Source of the DNA: Lytechinus pictus
Taxonomy: Eukaryota
Assembly: GCF_037042905.1 (NCBI RefSeq)
Contig: NC_087245.1
Coordinates: forward strand, 23,438,001-23,502,000
Length of the DNA stretch: 64,000 nucleotides
Direction of reading: 5' to 3'
The translations under genes were made by a program, and so were the position numbers. Under the pieces are notes generated by a model that saw only the letters and a list, made by a program, of their open reading frames with translations, did not search any database and was not told where the DNA came from. Positions 61,962-64,000 of this stretch are shown here, piece by piece; positions within the stretch are counted from its first letter, which is position 1, and the number at the start of each line of letters is the position of its first letter.

Positions 61962-64000
61962 TAGTTCATTTTCACCCAGTTCAGCTATTAACCACTTGGT
62001 CTCATTACCATTCTGCCCATGTGTTATTTTGTCTAATCTCCAATTAGACTGTTAGTAGGCCTACCCATATACAATCCACTTGGCATATACTTGGTTACAC
62101 ATCCTCGTACATATGGCTAGATGAAAAGTTTATGAATCATATCTTATTTGTGTGCTATAACAAGTAGAAGATACGAAAATTATAAAATCTGGGAATTAGA
62201 CTGTATAATGTATAGGTCAAATGGCAGTTTTACCAAATTATTAGCATACTAATTTGGTCATTATAGACTATATGAGAAAAACACTAAAAAAATGATTACA
62301 AGTTTAAGCACGTTGCTTATGCCCGTCACTCTGAAAACTATTGTTTAACGTTTAAAACAAGTCGTTGGAAAAGTTCAAACAATACAAAAGGTTTATACAA
62401 CTTGTTGGTAAAGTGTAGATCAGTTACTGCATGAAGACAAAAAACACCTTCCCCCGAAAAAAAGGGTATAGGTCTGTATCACTGTACGAAAACTACAACA
62501 TACAACGAGATTGAGTGGGGCCAGAAATTCCTATGATATATGCGTTTACAATATTCAGAAGTACACATATTAAATAATACTTTTATTTTACATAAACATG
62601 AGAACTAAACTTAATGTGATAAAGATGTATTTAACGAAAAAATTGGCGTTAAAGATAAATCTTATGACCGGGTTATTTCGGTGACGAGGATAAATACAAG
62701 TGTACTTATCTACTTATTCGAAATCGGAATATCAGCTCTGGAGGGAACAAGGAAAGGACTGTTTACTACTTCAATCAAATGGGGTCAGAATTACATCAGT
62801 AATTGCCAATGATTCAGTATTCTTTGGACAGACATTCTTACAATTTAAGAAGTGCATCCCATTTGCCTGTATATAGTTGACCCCTAAAGTTCGAACGTAT
62901 TCAGCTCAAGTTTATCATGTGTTAAAACAAACTTTAATTTAGTTGATTCACACTTGACACACAAGGAAGGAATATTACGAAGATACAGAGATGCCGCGTT
63001 CTTCTCCCCATCCTGTGTGTACCTCTTTATGTGGATCATTACAGTTATTTTGAAGCTTTCCCAGTTGCAATTATTTGCATTCCACCCTACATTTATACAA
63101 AGTATCCCCGGGCATTTCCAGGGGTGGGTGGGTGGGTGACTGAAATGATTAAGAAGAAGACAAATTGATTATAAGAAATGAATTCATACCATATAAATTA
63201 AGAGAATAACATCGTCTTTAAATATTGAAATGGAAATTTCAATAAATTTATACGAGCATACTCTCGCTGCTATCTTGATCAAAGCAGGGGAACAGATGCA
63301 CACGATTAATAGTGAAAATGTGTTTTCCACGTGGGAATTCACACGAAAACATGTGGCAATGAAATCAAACTGTTTATCTAGCAAGAAAAAAAAATATCTG
63401 CCGTATATATGATTATGAGTGTTTGTTGCGAATGAGACTCTCAGCACATTATCTCGAGAAGAATTTGATATCATGATAAATTAGGAATGAGTGTTAAATG
63501 GATATGATTCAGCCAAACTGGATTTGTCTTATGACTTCAGATGATCAGATGATAGTGGTAAATATAATTATGATGACTCGGCTTGGATATTTTCTCTCAC
63601 TCTTTTTTCTTTTTGGAAGTACGATATATCTCCAAATACATTGCAAACCAGTCAGCGAGATCACCGTAAGCCTTATACTCAAATAAAATTGCATTGTTAG
63701 AAGATTAGCACGGTGCATGATTTCTTTCACCCTTTTTTTTTTATCGGTTCCCTCCTATTAAAAATTTCTTGCACTCCAAACCAGTGGCGTCCGGAGGGGG
63801 GTGCTTGGGGCCACATGGACCCCCCAAAAAAAAAGAAAGAAAGAAAAGGAAAGGATGAATTGAGATATTATTCTCTAAACATTAAAGATAACATTTATCC
63901 CAAATTCAGATAATCTAACTTTCTGCTTGCTCGCTCTCAGCTTTTAAGTATTTGTGCCCCATAACACTATTTTGGACCCTACTTTTTTTCATCACGCTAC

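Overview
Eukaryotic, AT-rich, intron-rich animal DNA; the repeat complement suggests an invertebrate deuterostome such as a sea urchin (inference). There are two host protein genes in divergent orientation. (1) DNA ligase IV (LIG4) is on the minus strand: 19 coding exons from the ATG at 27250 to the window edge, with the BRCT region lying outside the window. (2) A complete 5-exon SLC16/monocarboxylate-transporter-like MFS gene is on the plus strand (33836-40818, about 567 aa). A tRNA-Glu(TTC) lies at 56034-56105. The rest is dominated by mobile DNA: a full-length L1/Tx1 LINE with a TSD and a decayed Crypton-type tyrosine-recombinase element inside LIG4 introns; L2/CR1 fragments; tRNA-derived SINEs; and many non-autonomous DNA transposons (hAT-, piggyBac-, Kolobok-, CACTA-, Sola- and Helentron/HINE-like), including a 5.7-kb nest. 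Most notable: a perfect 130-bp inverted repeat (55103-55380) whose arms each carry a minimal Penelope-type hammerhead-ribozyme motif; a Crypton element and a non-coding element that share a terminal hairpin; and tandem amplification of the transporter's C-terminal coding segment. No prokaryotic features or CRISPR arrays. I cannot show from sequence alone that any of these is previously undescribed.
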